DNA of 64,000 nucleotides, from contig NC_083278.1 of the NCBI RefSeq assembly GCF_963506605.1, forward strand, positions 75,268,001 to 75,332,000. Reading direction: 5' to 3'. This DNA comes from Zootoca vivipara (lineage: Eukaryota). This document shows, one piece after another, positions 14,496 to 26,781 of the stretch (the stretch's first letter is position 1; every line of letters begins with the position of its first letter). The position numbers and the translations under genes were made by a program. The notes beneath the pieces are model-generated. The model ran no database searches. It saw nothing but the letters and a program-made list of their open reading frames with translations, and was not told the origin of the DNA.

Positions 14496-14817
14496 AGGTA
14501 AAGGGACCCCTGACCATCACGTCCTGTCGCGGACGACTCTGGGGTTGCGGTGCTCATCTCACTTTACTGGCCAAGGGAGCTGGTGTACAGCTTCCGGGCC
14601 ATGTGGCCAGCATGACTAAACCACTTCTGGCAAACCAGAGCAGCGCACGGAAACACTGTTTACCTTCCTGCCGGAGCGGTACCTATCTATCTACTTGCAC
14701 TTTGACATGCTTTTGAACTGCTAGGTTGGCAGGAGCAGGGACTGAGCAATGAGAGCTCACCCCGCTGCGGGGATTCGAACTGCCGACCTTCTGATCAGCA
14801 AGTCCTAGACTCTGTGG
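14496..14817 (-). mobile_element. Sauria SINE nested in a hAT-like element
   Basis: Reverse-complement match to the copies at 17353 and 54785, including the tRNA-like B box (GGGATTCGAAC on the + strand). Confidence 0.92.
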
Positions 14818-15107
14818 GATCAGCTAATTATGCAGAGTCTGCTAACAGTCCAGGAGGGACCCCCCCCCCCAAGGTTAGACAATCAAAGATCCACCAGCAA
14901 AGTAAAGAAAGAATGAATGTAAACAAAGAACTGGAAAGGTCTTCTTTCTTTTCTCACACTCACCCCCACCCATAAAAAAAACAGTAGGAAGAGTTTTTAT
15001 TTTTATTTTCTGGTGGTGGTGATGTTGGATCCCCCTAAATAGCTTTCCTCTGTATCAAAAAGGAAGAGTTAAAAAAAATTATTTAAAGAGACTATCTTTT
15101 GGCTTGT

Positions 15108-15330
15108 TACCGCGGGGAGGTACGATGGGACCCTCTGCTGCTGTGGGGATACATGGCAAAGCCCTCTGCTGAGGGGAACTGTGGTGCACCCTCCACCACT
15201 GTGTGCATGTGTGTGGGTACAGCGGAACCCTCTGCTGCTGTGGGGAAGTGTGATGCACCCTTCGCTGCCACGGGGAGGTACGGCAGGACCTCTGCCGCCG
15301 TGAGGAGGCTCGGTAAGGTCCTCCGTTGCA
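15108..15330. repeat. Degenerate GC-rich ~30-bp tandem repeat
   Basis: Recurrent CCCTCTGCTGCTGTGGGGA...-like units. Confidence 0.7.
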
Positions 15331-15791
15331 GTAGATATATATTGATATATATTGAGATATTGTGATAATTCAGCTGGTGATATAGCATGATGTTGAAAAT
15401 CAGATATTGCCCAGACCTACTACACTGATGCATGTTTCCATGAAGTGGTTGCAGCAGGTTTGGGTTCAACTTTTTAAAATTGAGGTAGTGAGCCACAAGC
15501 TAGTGGTGAGTGGAGACATAGCCAAAAATGGGTGGGATGTGGCATTTATAGTTTATATTTTTATACACATGTGTAAAGTAAGTCCTAAAGGTTTGGGTGC
15601 CTGCTGCCTTCTGTTTTGGCTTGCTTTGCAATGGGGAACCATGTGCATGTCCTGTGCAGATATATAGTTGCACGATCCCGTCATTTGCCATGATGAAGTT
15701 TGTTGCACAAAGTGTTCTACTATTGGCTGTGCAAATTTGCAGAAGAACACAACTTAATTAGTATTCTGCTCATGCTTCTTTGGATCCAACC

Positions 15792-16240
15792 TGTCAGGGA
15801 TGCTGGTGGCTACCCTCGAGTAACGACGCTCCAGACCGTCGTGTCTTTAAGGCTTTTATTGGTGCCTACTTATTTACAGTGAAAGAGATAGAGGAAACAT
15901 GACTGTTCAGTCTTCATCAGAATCTCGCAATGGCGCTTTCCGGCTATGCGCCCAGCAAGGTAGTTTGGGGACCCCAAAGCGCCGTCCCTTGCTCCTACAG
16001 GAGCTGGCACACCTCAAATCTGGTGTTGGGGGAAAAGGGCGCCTGTCCGATGCTCCGCCGCTGGCCATTTCCTGTATAGGAGCTCTAGGCTGCAGTCGCA
16101 GCTCTTGGATGCTGCTGGAGCCCTGTACTGACTTGCTCACTTCCTCCTGCCCTTCACTGGACCCGCTGCTGCAGCTCTGACTGGTTGAGGAGCTGGACTT
16201 TATGATGGGGGGCTGTTCTCTGTAACTCTGCCCCCTTACA
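15792..16240 (-). mobile_element. Solo LTR (449 bp), TG...CA ends, 5-bp TSD
   Basis: TGTCAGG...CCTTACA termini. CAACC at 15787-15791 and 16241-16245. AATAAA on the minus strand at ~15855-15860. GC/CpG-rich relative to flanks. Confidence 0.8.
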
Positions 16241-17352
16241 CAACCCAATTTATTTAAGGAGGGTATCAGACATGGAGTGGGGTAAATAATGAAATGTTTT
16301 GGTGTTGGAATTAATGTCTTGGTAAAGCATTCATTGTAAAAGTAAGTTCATGACCTAATGTAGTGCTTTATGCTCTCCTAGAATTCTGCAGGCAGCTGTG
16401 CTTTGATTAGTTGGCTCACATTTTGAAGATTTTCTTTAGAATTATAACAGCCAAGTTCTTGTATTCTGAAATGGAAACATGAGATCCAGATGACTGTTCT
16501 ATTCAGTGTCCTTTTCCTTTAGAAAAAAAAAAGATTACTTGCTCAGTTATCTGCAGTACTAACCTTTTCAGTCCAATAAAGCTCTGTCATTAGACAAAGT
16601 ACATGGAAGAGAAGTGCATCTCTATCACTAGCACACAGAAGAAAATGCTGCCCTGGGAATTTTCCTTCGTCCGTGGTGTGAGTTGTGAATAAGTCAAATA
16701 ACGTAACTGGCATTAAAAGAAAGGTGATGGTTTGTCACTGAATCATGAAGAGAGAGTCTCAGATTGATATAGGATACTCCTGCCTGTGGGAGCAATTTAG
16801 GACCCAAGCCAAACTCACTAAGCACTGCAGTTATGCTAGTTTGATTAAAATGGCCATAGATACCGTATCCGCTGCTGCTTCATGAAATCAAACAAATTAT
16901 AGGGATTTAGTTGGGTCTTTTAATCACAATAATTTGATTGTGCACTTCCAGTTTTATTAGAAATTGTGACTGTGCCAAAAACAATAATTTTATTCCAGTT
17001 GTCTCACTCCAGCATGCTAATGCTACCCTATGTGCATTTTCAAAGTGTTAAGAGTTCTACATCACTGTAAGTTAATCAACAATAGCTTTGGCTACAGCTA
17101 TATAGATTATATACTGTATCACACATGCCTTTCTCCCATTTTGACACAGCCCTACCACCTTGACTTGCAGAATGAATCTCTTACAGTAGCTTCGTCTCCC
17201 CTGCTTCATAGAAGCCAAAGGTTACATAATAAGGCAAGGGGCCTTTAGCCAGCCAGCCAGCTCTTCCTACGGAGGCATAGCCTACCATACCTCAGGCCTG
17301 GTCGCATAAGGCTTCATTTGTCTCTGTCCGGGCTGAGTGCCCGGATGGTGTA

Positions 17353-17690
17353 GGGACCCAGGTGGCACTGTGGGTTAAACCACAGAGCCTAGGGCTTGCT
17401 GATCAGAAGGTCGGCGGTTCAAATCCCTGCGACAGGGTGAGCTCCTGTTGCTTGGTCCTAGCTCCTGCCAACCTAGCAGTTCAAAAGCACGTCAAAGTGC
17501 AAATAGATAAATAGGGAAGATAAACGGCGTTTCTGTGTGCTGCTCTGGTTTGTCAGAAGCTGCTTTGTCATGCTAGCCACATGACCTGGAAGCTGTACGC
17601 TGGCTCCCTCAGCCAATAACGCGAGATGAGCGTGCAACCCCAGAGTCAGTCACGACTGGACCTAATGGTCAGGGGTCCCTTTACCTTTAC
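17353..17690 (+). mobile_element. Sauria SINE, full length
   Basis: tRNA-related head GGGACCCAGGTGGCACTGTGG...GGTTCAAATCCC and tail CCCTTTACCTTT. Confidence 0.93.
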
Positions 17691-19182
17691 CACTGTGACA
17701 ACGTCTTTTGTAGGTATTGAAACAGGGTCCATTGGAGCTGTCCAAGGTACTTGTGTTCTTTGCATGACTGAGATTTGAGAGTAAACGCTGCCTGCTTCCC
17801 TCAAACACCTGTAGAATTGGACAGCCCCTCTCCCAAAAAACACCAAATACCCCACCCACTGGCAATATGGATATATGAATGACGGGTGATGTTTGCATTT
17901 GCATTAGCAATATTTTCAGAATGTTCACATACTGGGTGGAGGAGGCAGGGAAGCACTCAAGACCACAACACCAGTTTTACGAAGTTATTAAGAATAGAAA
18001 AGATGGTAAGAGGAAACCCAAGAGGCAGGGTGTTGCTTCAAGAACCTTTTAAAGAGAAAATTTTAGTTCACACCTGTCTGCCTTATTATTGCTACTTACT
18101 ACACTCGATCTTAGCCAAAAGTATATTATTACAGCTACTTACAATCAGGCTTCTGGGTTTCTCACACATTACGTAGGAGCATAGATGGTCAAACTGAGGG
18201 ACAAAGGACTTTTTGGCAACATTCCAACTTTACAGGCCGGGACCCAAGTGAGCATTGATTGAAATGTTGAAATTAACAAGCCACTCATAAGACAGTCATG
18301 TAGCCAGGAAAGTGCCTAGGGACTAGAGACTGGAAACAATCAAAGTGGTAGTAGGCAAGAGATGGAAGCTGTCAAGCTGCAAAATACAGGCTTTCCTCAG
18401 CTTCTGGCAGAAAAAATGGACTTAATTCCTCATGTACAGATGATGGATGATTGGGGAGACTAAGCAATTTTAAAGAGATAAGTGTGCACAGGACAAGCCC
18501 CTGTTAGTACTTAACAACTGCATGAAAATTGTGATCCAAGAGCAGTATATTATAAAATACAGTGGCTAGGAGTATTGGTCACTCATATTAACATAACATG
18601 TTGACTCCATTGTGTATCCTGATATTACAAACAAGCTTTCAAAATAGCAAATTGTGTGCATTTTATTACAAACTGTGGTGACTCCCTGTCATTCTTTTCA
18701 CAAGCACCTGACACGCAACCCCCTCTTCACTTTATTATTATATGGCCTGCATCCTTGGCCCTCTCTTCCAGTACTATAAATTCTCAAGTCAGGTTTGAGA
18801 CCAAGATACCTAACCTACAAAGAAAGTTTTATCCAAAATTTGTACAGCGCTATGAATCCTGGGGGCCTTTTTAATGGAGCTGCTTGCACCAAATCTGTCT
18901 GAAAAGCTTTATTACTGTTTTAAGTGGACGCTGACCTACTTTGAGGGAAATAACTAGCCTAAGTATTGAATCCTTATATTTTGCTTTCATGCTATGGATC
19001 TTACTCGGGTTGCAGTGGACCAGATTATGTCTGTGATTGCACCTCCAGAAATTGTTATATTGAGATACATTGGCCCATCTAGTCCAGCCTGCTGTTCTCA
19101 CAGTGGCTTACCAGAAGCCTGCAAGCTGGGCAGGAGTGCAACAGCATTCTGCCCACCTCCAATTTCCAGAAACTGGTATTCA

Positions 19183-19615
19183 AATCAAATCAAATCAAAT
19201 CCTTTTATTGGCATCACAGTATTAAACATTTCAAGTCACTGGGATAATTAAAAGGACGAGGGTGAAGCTGTTGAGGGTAATAAGGTCACACTGTGATCGT
19301 GTGCACTTAGATATTCTGCTTCACCCTATTTCCTGAAAGGATGGTTTGTTGGGAACCCTTTTGGGTAAAATTGTGGCTAAAAAGGAAGTTACTAAGGCAG
19401 TGATAATTTTGTCCTGATCTGCCAGGAGAAACCTCATTTGACTTCTTCTCGGATTTACAGTATAGGCCGGAGGTCCAACATTTTGCTCAGCATTAGTGTG
19501 TAAACAGCAATCTAAGAGAATGTGGTCCATTGAATCAGATACTCCTTGGTTGCAGGCACACAAACGGGCTTGATATGGAGTATGTGAAAATCTGCCTTTG
19601 GGCACTGCTGAAGGG
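19183..19615 (-). mobile_element. Non-LTR retrotransposon 3' end with CCHC knuckle (RTE-X/L1-like), (ATTTG)n tail, 15-bp TSD
   Basis: Encodes RLCACNQGVSDSMDHILLDC. AATAAA precedes the (ATTTG)n tail on the minus strand. AGAAACTGGTATTCA at 19168-19182 and 19616-19630. Confidence 0.8.
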
Positions 19616-20002
19616 AGAAACTGGTATTCAGAGGCACAACACTGCAGCATTTCCACTGACATATTGGTAGTATATTTGTGGTCTCGGTGTAATGTAGGCA
19701 TAGGATTGATCTGATATCTTCTCAAAGCTCTCAGATTACTGTGTGAAAATACTGAAAAGTTTTGTTTTAAATTTCTTGCCTCAAATGAAGATGCTGTTTC
19801 TGTGCTTTAAAATGTTTTGTTGTGCTTGGCTGTTTTCAAGCCTCAGCAGTTTTATTTGCTTTTCATTGTAAACCACTTGGGCTATGATCTCATGGGGAAA
19901 TGGTTTAAACATTTTATAATTAAACTGTTAATGTCATGATCCAAAGCTTCAAGGTACTTACTCTCATGGAGGTTTGTATGAGGATGCTTCTTTTATTCAT
20001 TT

Positions 20003-20430
20003 TAATAATAATAATAATAATAAATTTATTATTTATTATTTATACCCCGCTCATCTGGCTGGGTTTCCCCAGCCACTCTGGGCAGCTTCCAACAGAAATA
20101 TAAAATAAAATAATCGATTAAACATTAAAAGCCTCCCTAAACAGGGCTGCCTTCAGATGTCCTCTAAAAGTCTTTGTTGTTCTTGTTTAGTTGTTTAGTC
20201 GTGTCCGACTCTTCGTGACTCTTCTAAAAGTCTGGTAGTTATTTTTCTTTTTGACATCTGGTGGGAGGGCATTCCACAGGGCGGGTGCCACTACCAAGAA
20301 GACCCTCTGCCTGGTTCCCTGTAACTTGGCTTCTCGCAGCGAGGGAACCACCAAAAGGCCCTCGGCACTGGACCTCAGTGTCCGGGCAGAGCGATGGAGG
20401 TGGAGACGCTCCTTCAGGTATACTGGACCT
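20003..20430 (-). mobile_element. L2-clade LINE 3' end
   Basis: Minus strand encodes GPVYLKERLHLHRSARTLRSS...VAPALWNALP and ends in a (TTA)n tail. Confidence 0.8.
20174..20222 (-). mobile_element. ~49-bp BovB 3'-tip insertion inside the L2 copy
   Basis: GTTTAGTCGTGTCCGACTCTTCGTGAC is identical to the BovB 3' end near 62731. TSD TCTAAAAGTCT at 20163-20173 and 20223-20233. Confidence 0.85.
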
Positions 20431-20545
20431 GAAACAAAACATTGAGCAGAATTCAGTGTGTGATGTGTTAATTAAATGAACGCAGCCTTAAGCACATCTC
20501 CATTTTTTCCTGGTATCACTGGTCCACATAACTTGTGGCTATACC

Positions 20546-20674
20546 CAGTGCTTTTTTTCCTCTAAAAAATGTTTCAGGGTACTCTCATTTCCTACTCATA
20601 TTGAAATACTGTCCCTCAATGAGGCCAAACTTATATTTAGGGGTATGCGTACCCCCAGGAAAAAAAAAGCACTG
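20546..20674. mobile_element. hAT MITE family C; second, inverted copy at ~58140-58280
   Basis: TIR CAGTGCTTTTTTT; TSD GCTATACC / GCTATATC. Confidence 0.85.
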
Positions 20675-20729
20675 GCTATATCTATATTCTGTTTCACACA
20701 TACATAGAAATTAACTATCATCTTATATT

Positions 20730-20977
20730 AGGTAAAGGGACCCCTGACCATTAGGTCCAGTCGTGACCGACTCTGGGGTTGCGCGCTCATCTCGCATTAT
20801 TGGCCGAGGGAGCCGGCGTATAGCTTCCAGGTCATGTGGCCAGCATGACATAGCCGTTTCTGGCGAACCAGAGCAGCACATGGAAACGCCGTTTACCTTC
20901 CCGCTGTAGCGGTTCCTATTTATCTACTTGCATTTTGACGTGCTTTCGAACTGCTAGGTTGGCAGGAACCTAGCAGT
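20730..20977 (-). mobile_element. Sauria SINE, 5'-truncated, with a short terminal inversion
   Basis: AGGTAAAGGGACCCC tail. Ends ...CTGCTAGGTTGGCAGG followed by inverted AACCTAGCAGT. TCTTATATTA lies on both sides. Confidence 0.92.
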
Positions 20978-21111
20978 TCTTATATTACATGTGTCTTATA
21001 TTACATGTCTTATATTACATGTGTCTTATATTACATGTCTTATATTACATGTCTTATATTACATGTGTCTTATATTACATGTCTTATATTACATGTCTTA
21101 TATTACATGTG
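20978..21111. repeat. Minisatellite, 9 copies of TCTTATATTACATG(TG)
   Basis: Counted directly; unit lengths 16,14,16,14,14,16,14,14,16 bp. Confidence 0.95.
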
Positions 21112-24100
21112 GTCAAATGTTGTAACTTAAAAAAGAAGAAGGTGGAAACCTTTTGAGAATCCTCACACAGGAGCTGCTTGGTTATATATAATTCTAGTTC
21201 CAGATTTGAAATGCTACACAGAGAGACTTATGCCCTGTAGGGCTAGCTTTGTGTGGTTTAATTAATTTTTGACCAGCATGTAAAACTGTAATTACTGAAC
21301 CAGCAGTAATTGAAAGTGAGAGAAATATCATCTGCCTTAAAAAATAAAAAAAAATAAAAAAGAGGGCATCAGCTAATAAACTAAATGGAAACAACAACTT
21401 TGTATACGTTTTGACAGTTGTTTTAACTTACATTTTGAGCTGGCTTGAACATCTGGAAAAAGCAAAGTATAAACTTAAATAGACGCCATCCAACTCTTTC
21501 TTCATTCTTCCAGTTTCCTCGCAAATATATGACCTATGTGGAAGTCCTTTGACAGAAGTGTCCAATAAGTGTGCTAATCATGGGTAATGGCAAACTAAGC
21601 AAGCATGACAGCTTCAAAATGAGCCTGGAGGGCCCATGTAACTGTTTAAAGTAGTGCAGTATTTTGGATTTCTTTAAAAATCATTCTGATATAGCCACAG
21701 CTGTAGCTGTGATTTCCAAACAGAAACAGGCTTATTTGAAGGCAGCTGTTGATGGGGGACGGTTCCAGCTGGGCAGCCCTGAAGGGGCAGAGACACCAAA
21801 GGCAACTATCCCTTTGGGTTTTTCCTTTGGGGTAGGATGAGTGCAGTACACAGGGGCAATTGATTGTGGATGGACTTGTGCACGTGTGGCTGTTAATCTG
21901 GCTTTCATGAGAAAGGTGGAATGTTGGGAGAAGCATTTAGTGAAAGCAAGAATGCTGCTGCTCATGGTTATGGATTCACTCTATGTGTTGGAATTTCTGA
22001 TTTTATCGTATTTTTTGTATTAATATGATAATCACTGCTTTTGGGAGAAAAAGCAGTATATAATTAATCAACAAAATCATAGCAACGTGCATTAAACAAA
22101 AGCAGAAAAAGTAAATTTCTAGCCTCCATGAAGAAGACTGAATCTATTATTCTATGACTCTTGCTGCTGGTTCAGTAAGTTACTGACAGCTAGCTATGAT
22201 AATAAAAAAATGCATATTAGTAGAACTTAATGTTAATCTTTACTTGTGGACTCACAAGTAGAGTTATTGCTTAAGAAAATTTATTTTTCAACCATAATAT
22301 TGGATGAAGCAGCTTATATTAATGTACAATTTGGTTCATTACTTTAAGTCTAGCTGATACACACACCATTGTTGTAACAATGACAGTTTACTTTATTTCC
22401 TGTGGTACTCGTTCCTGGTTCATGCTTTCCTCATTGTTCCTTTATATAACCTCATTCTCACCCTCCAGTTTGTATTATGCAGTGTCTAGTGACTGCCTTC
22501 AAAGCATGCTGTGAGTGTTTGGCATCTAAATGTCTTTGTGTCAAGAGGTTGCAGTGATAATGGCGTGTAGATGATGCAGCCTGAATTCTTGGGTCACACT
22601 CCAGAATGTTCTGCTCAGTTGGTGAGTGTAATTCAATTGCGGCAGTCCAAAGAAGAAATCATGCAGAAAAATGCATCTTTATGAGATCTGGGGGAGGATT
22701 TGTATATAATTTGTGATGCCAAACCTATGCTTACGTAATTCAAAATAAACTGTCTTGCTTATATGTTGATAATGTGAAGGCTATGGTTTATATTAAGTTT
22801 TAATTATCTCAGTTTGGCTTATTTCCCCCTCCTTTTTTTTTGGAACTCAAGAGTTTTAAATTTTTTGCAGTTGAAAACTAAAGCAAATGTCAGACTTTAA
22901 ATGGTTTCCTTTTCTGTACTCAACCACAGCTTCCACTTGTTTTTACAATGCCAAAATATGATTTAGCATTATTTCTGAACGGATACTATATGTCCAATGC
23001 AGGTAAGATTAGAGGTGCAGCCATGCATCAGACTGAAAACAAAAAACAAATCTCAAAGTGATTTTGTGGAGGATATCATAATGGAAAGAATGAGCTAGAG
23101 CTGTAGATCCCTCCCCTCCCCTTTTCTAATCAAATAGCTACCAATTTATTTTCTTTCTCTGAAAAAATATACCACGTGACAACGATAAATAAAATGTTCT
23201 GTTGCAACATTACAGGAAGGTTTGTCTGAATAAAAAAAAGAATTTTCATCACTGTTGTTTTCAGTAATTACATCCTAACCTTTTATTATTGTTATTGCTA
23301 CTTTGGAAAAAATACTTAATGCTAACAATTTGCAGGTTAATACTGTATGCATAAACAACATTGTCTCAGTTCAGGCGGCTTGCCATCGAAATAAAATAAC
23401 AGTGTAGAAGTACAGGTGTAATAGCTTATCTGAGCCTTTTTATTTAAGTACTACTGCTTCAATGTCTACTAGCATTAGCTGCAGTAGAGTAAGTGAGGCA
23501 GTTGAGGAAGGGCTTTATAGAAAAAGTGGTTTTCAGGAAGAGACCTAAAGGTAGGGAGAATGGTTCCATCACCACCACAGAGATCAGTATGACAGACACA
23601 TATAGGAGAGAACAGAAAAAGCATGTAAAGATGCTTGATTGTTGATAAGGTGCCTCAAGTTTGGTTGGAGATGTGTAAACCTAAATTGATTGTTACGGTT
23701 TCTCAGTTTTTACTAAGTTGTTTTAATAGCTTCAGATATCATTCAATGCAGATTTAGAGGAGCATAGGGGAGGGAGAATTGGTGAGAATTATCTCTCCCT
23801 TTCCGTTAGCAGGTTCCAGTGGTGCCTATGGTGTCATGAGTGGAATTCCAGCAATGGCATCTTGGAATTCAACCCATTATAAGCAGGGTTATCTATGTGC
23901 AGACCTAAAAACTTTGCCTAATTGATGTAAACGACACTTCATGTTACACATTCACTATAGTTTTTAACATGCCAAAGAAGAACTCTTTGTACCTTTTCCA
24001 GAAGAGAACACAGCTGCAATAGAGTATTTCTATTCTTGTTTGAAAATTGGTGCTTGGACTTGCCATATTAATGAGCTGGAATGGGAAAAAAAGAACAAAA

Positions 24101-25012
24101 TTATGACACTAGCGATAGATGTAAGACTGTTGCTTATAAACCCATCAGTTTTAGTTCGTGACGTAAGCTAGATTTTAGTATGACAGAGTGTCATTTAAGT
24201 AAATTAGTGAGCTCCATAGTGTTTGTTTGGAAGTTTCATGCTACCTAACATTCCATTTAGAACCATTTAATGAAGAGAGATTATAGATCACAGAAATAAG
24301 GATGTAACTGGTAACTGGAGAAACTGATAGCTTCTGAACTCTTGGCATTAACACAAGTCACAATGACTTCCTACACAGATTATTGTTGGACAAAATATCC
24401 ATTACTGCAAAGCGTTTTTGATATGGGGTTTAAGCCAAGGAGGTGCTGTTTGATTCTTCAAACCAGACCACTTACAGCATTTTCATTGCATAGCGGTTAC
24501 ACCCACAACTCATTAACATGTAGTATGCAAGTAGGAGGGGGTGGGAATCCCTCAGTTGAGAAGCGGAGGCGCTCCCCATAAGCAGGGGGACTCAAAATGG
24601 AAGTGTGGCACTGAAAAAGGAAGCGTAACACTAAAAACTGAATAGTTCGGATGCCGAAAAAGGTTTGCAAACTGGAACACCTACTTCTGGGTTTGCGGCG
24701 TTCAATTTCCAAGTTGTTCATGAACTAAGCTCATCAAAATCCAAGGTACCACTGTATATAGTATGTGCAGCAAGATGTTGGGGGAAGAATAGGTGCTGCA
24801 TTGTTGTATAGAGAGTTCAGGTGCAACCAGACCAGAGGAACCTAAGGTGGTTCATGGTTACTTTGCCCCCCTGCTATCTGACCCTCCTTTTCAGACCCCA
24901 TGTGATCTGAAGACCTTCAGTTGGGAAATTTCTGACAAGTGATGCTAGTTCTACTTGCACTGCCATTTGTAATTTGGATTGGGGGAGTCATGATGAACCG
25001 ATGAACTATTGT

Positions 25013-25054
<42 letters not shown>

Positions 25055-25628
25055 ATTTGTTCCAGGGAAATGGATATAAGTGGTATACTAGAGTAGAATA
25101 AGCACAGAGCTTTATGGAAATCTATGGAATTTTTGCCACTCGGCTTGCAGATAATCCATTCTTACAGCTGCTTTGCTTCTGGCCGTACCTAATCTATAAA
25201 TAAAACTGCATGGGATAACAGTGAGTGTTCCTTTGAAGGCACATTTTTTTCTTATTTAAATAAGATGTGTAACCAGCCCACATTGGGCTTGAATTTATTT
25301 TGGTTCTACCCAGTGGTACCTTGTGTGGACAGATCTTGTGAAGGTCCCACAAGATATTGTGAGACCTTCCCAGAGCCCAGGAAACAAAATGCTCTTTCTG
25401 CACCAGGCTTTCCTGCTACAGAAAGAATTTTTAAGCCCTCCACCTTGCTTACTGAGCTATGGGAAGGTAAGGATAGGCCTTGCATGACCTTCCCAGAGAC
25501 CAGTAAGATATGGGCAGTTAATTGGGGGGAGGGGTTTAAAGGGTCTTCCTTTGTACATGGGGCTACCGCTGAAGATTGTTTGGAAACTTCAGCTGGCTTG
25601 GCTGCTCACTGGGGCAGGACAGTTAGAG

Positions 25629-25764
25629 CAGGCTTCTTCAAACTCGGCCCTCCAGATGTTTTTGACCTACAACTCCCATGATCCCTAGCTAGCAGGGCCA
25701 GTGGTCAGGAATGATGGGAATTGTAGTCTCAAAACACCTGGAGGGCCGAGGTTGAGGAAGCCTA
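25629..25764. mobile_element. hAT MITE family B (136 bp, hairpin-like)
   Basis: Long TIRs; TSD AGTTAGAG / GGTTAGAG; inserted in the L2 fragment. Confidence 0.88.
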
Positions 25765-25772
25765 GGTTAGAG

Positions 25773-26220
25773 CATATAACACCAATCCTGGCCTATCAGT
25801 TTCCAGGTCCAATTCAAAGTGCTGTTTTGACTTTTAAAGCCTTAAACAACTCAGGGTCACAATACCTAAAGGACCACCTCTCCCCACATGAACCTACAAG
25901 AACTCTGTGATCATCATCTGAGGCCCTCCATGAGAGGCCTGAGGGTGGCAACATGACAGTGGGCCTTTTCTGCGGTGGCTCCCCATTTGTGAAATGCTCT
26001 CCCCAGGGAGGCTCGCCTGGTGCCTTTGTTACATATCTTTAGGTGCCAGGCAAAATCATTCCTCTTCAACTGGGCCTTTGGCTAATTAAATGTGACTGTG
26101 CCAGGCAGGGGAAGGAAGTATTTTTTTGTATCATTATGCTATGCATTTTGTGTTCTTATATACCAGTTTATTGCCCTGTGATCTTTTGAAAAAGGGCAGT
26201 TCTGTAAATTTAACAAGAAT
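25773..26220 (+). mobile_element. L2-clade LINE 3' fragment
   Basis: Encodes HITPIL...LTFKALNNSGSQYLKDHLSPHEPTRTL. Similar degenerate L2 pieces lie near 7950-8200, 9035-9300, 52130-52550 and 56880-57100. Confidence 0.7.
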
Positions 26221-26597
26221 AATATTTTTGCCTACTGTACTAAACACATAACTACAATGTTTCAAGTATATGGATATTGAAATATTTGTTTAAAAAACCC
26301 CAAACCAAAATATATCACAACTTTCATAAGTAAAATACACAGTCCCAAATGTAAGAACAGAGTTACAGCCCTTGCACTTTGCGTCATTGGAAGTAGCACA
26401 CAGAGATAAAACAAGGGTTTCTCAGCATCTTAGAGGTTTTCTGAAGACAACTGAAATTTTAATTTGCCATGCTCTGGTTCGTTTCTTGTCTGTGGTGGGG
26501 ACATCATAAAATGTTGATCAGTTTCAGTTTCAATATATCCAGGAAGTGTAACTGAACTTGGTGGTGTTTGAAGAAACTTAGCAATCTTTTTCTGGAA

Positions 26598-26781
26598 CAG
26601 TGGTTCCCAATTAGCTTAAGTACAGCAGACCCCTTGTTTTTTAAAAGTCAAGCTATCGACCCCCTACTTTTTGAAACGTTGATATTTGTACAGTCATTTT
26701 TGTTACATGAATGGTGCCACGGACCTCCTGTGGGTTATGCAGACCCCCTGGGATCCACAGACCATTTGTTGGAAACCACTG
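26598..26781. mobile_element. hAT (Charlie-like) MITE
   Basis: TIR CAGTGGTTCCCAA / TTGGAAACCACTG; TSD TTCTGGAA / CTCTAGAA. Confidence 0.82.

Larger units (their letters stand above)
14225..15419. mobile_element. Non-autonomous hAT-like DNA transposon with nested SINE and internal minisatellite
   Basis: Imperfect TIRs TCGGGCTGTGCGATA / TATTGCCCAGACCTA. Perfect 8-bp TSD CTACACTG at 14217-14224 and 15420-15427. Confidence 0.78.

Noticed and set aside
20978-21111. CRISPR-like or telomere-like array
   Set aside because: No spacers, eukaryotic context, and the unit derives from the local target site.
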